NCBI GenBank assembly: GCA_964036045.1
Contig: OZ038378.1
Coordinates: 71,052,001 to 71,116,000 of the forward strand
Origin: Eutreptiella sp. 'Long Island Sound 2002'
Lineage: Eukaryota > Protista > Euglenida
Direction: 5' to 3'
DNA: 64,000 nt
This document shows positions 62,671-64,000 of the stretch, piece after piece (within the stretch, counting starts at the first letter, position 1; each line of letters opens with the position of its first letter). Below the pieces are notes generated by a model, which saw nothing but the letters and a program-made list of their open reading frames with translations, ran no database searches and had not been told where the DNA came from. A program made the position numbers and the translations under genes.

Positions 62671-62949
62671 AGGTTTCACAAATGGTGAAATAGGTGACAA
62701 CCCTACCCTAGCATATTACCCCTAAGGTATCATTGTATGCCCCCCTACATGGGATATGTATGGATAGTGTATATTGTATTCCATTCCCTTGTTAGGAACA
62801 TAGGATGTGGGATAGATAAAGCAATCTTGGATTTTTGGTAATTATATCAATCAGTGAATGATAGGGTTGATTTCTCATATGTCCATATCAGGTATTTCAT
62901 TGGCAATGTGTATCATATCTGTTTGCAGGATACTATACAGTCAACACTA

Positions 62950-64000
62950 TCTTTATGTCTTCTGTGCCAAGCAATGTTGCTGCCCATGCCACCTCTGCTC
63001 CTGACCACCCGGTCTGGGTTCATGGTAGCAGACGAGAAAAGCTTTCGTCTCTGTTGGACGTTTGGCAATTCGGAGAGCGATCAGTCCGCCACATCGTGGA
63101 CAAAATCATAGTTGAAATCTCTTCCCTGGGAGGGATAGCTGATGGTGTGCAGGTCCCCACTCTCAGGACCTCCTCGGCCCTGACCCTATCGACCGGGCAG
63201 GGGCCGAAAAAACGGGCCAAGCCTCAATTGGCTACAAATCCCAAGTCTACGAAATACCCGAACGTTCCCATCGCAGCCCCCCATTCTTGAGATCCCGCTG
63301 GTATACTTGGGATGGTTGGGGAGGAAATAGACCGCCATCTTCAGAGAGAGATAAGAGGACCACAATTGCTTATTACAGGTTCGGGAACCGTTATTAGCGC
63401 CGAGAATCGGGCAATGACCGACGCTGCACCCTCGCGCACTGCCAACTGGGGTACGATGGCTTGGGCAAGGGGCCTCATCTTGGTCGACACTGGCACTCTT
63501 CTGTCGCTAGGGGGGTTGCCAGAGCCTCAGGTCAGAAAAAACCTGTTTGCGGCAGGGCCCATCAGCCCTATTGTTGACCAACTCGACGCTGAAAACCGTC
63601 GATTCAACTGGCTCACACCGGATCCCCATCGCCATCTGGGTCCGGCTCGTGAGGCCGTGGCCCTGATCCAGCAAGCCCTGTCGGGGACTAGGCAGAACCC
63701 TACCATGGTGGAATCGTCGCCCACTCCAATGAGTGGATCTCGGCGGTTTCCCTCCCTGGTGGAGGAATCTCCTTCCTTCGGAGCGAATCCCAATCCCCCA
63801 AGCCGATGCAGGCTAAATCCTAGGATAATCGTGGTATCCCCCACGCAAAGCGACGAGGATGAGTGTGACCAGTGGTTTCCCCTGGCGTTTGGACAGGGGA
63901 ACAACGACGAGGAAGAGGAAAATGGAGTGCTGGAACGTCATGAACTCCATCATTCGCCTATTTCCGTTGCCTCGTCGCCTGCATCGCCTCAACCTACGGC
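62950..64000 (+). other. Decayed coding-like sequence, possibly the 5' ORF of another retroelement, running off the window
   Basis: Protein-like broken frames (62955-63290 onward, Pro/Ser/Glu-rich); no diagnostic motif. Confidence 0.25.

Overview
Eukaryotic, almost entirely repeat-derived DNA, probably from a protist (host not determinable from the sequence). I see no convincing host protein-coding gene, rRNA, intact tRNA or CRISPR array. Contents: three decayed Ty3/Gypsy LTR retrotransposons (two with chromodomains); an older RNase H-bearing LINE interrupted inside its endonuclease by a near-intact full-length LINE (25133-33967, 17-bp TSD); several satellite families; and a 7.2-kb inverted duplication (3.27-kb arms, 41773-48927). 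Two observations stand out, both largely invisible in the ORF track because of frameshifts. (1) A 3.77-kb DNA transposon with 27-bp TIRs (54100-57865) carries an unclassified DDE-like transposase and a TET/JBP-like 2OG-Fe(II) dioxygenase remnant (HxD...H...R, 56290-56899). (2) It is inserted into a Gypsy pol region that encodes a Dam-like N6-adenine methyltransferase (VDLYAN...WANP[T]W) between protease and RT. These assignments come from motif recognition by eye and need HMM/structure confirmation; all these copies look pseudogenised.
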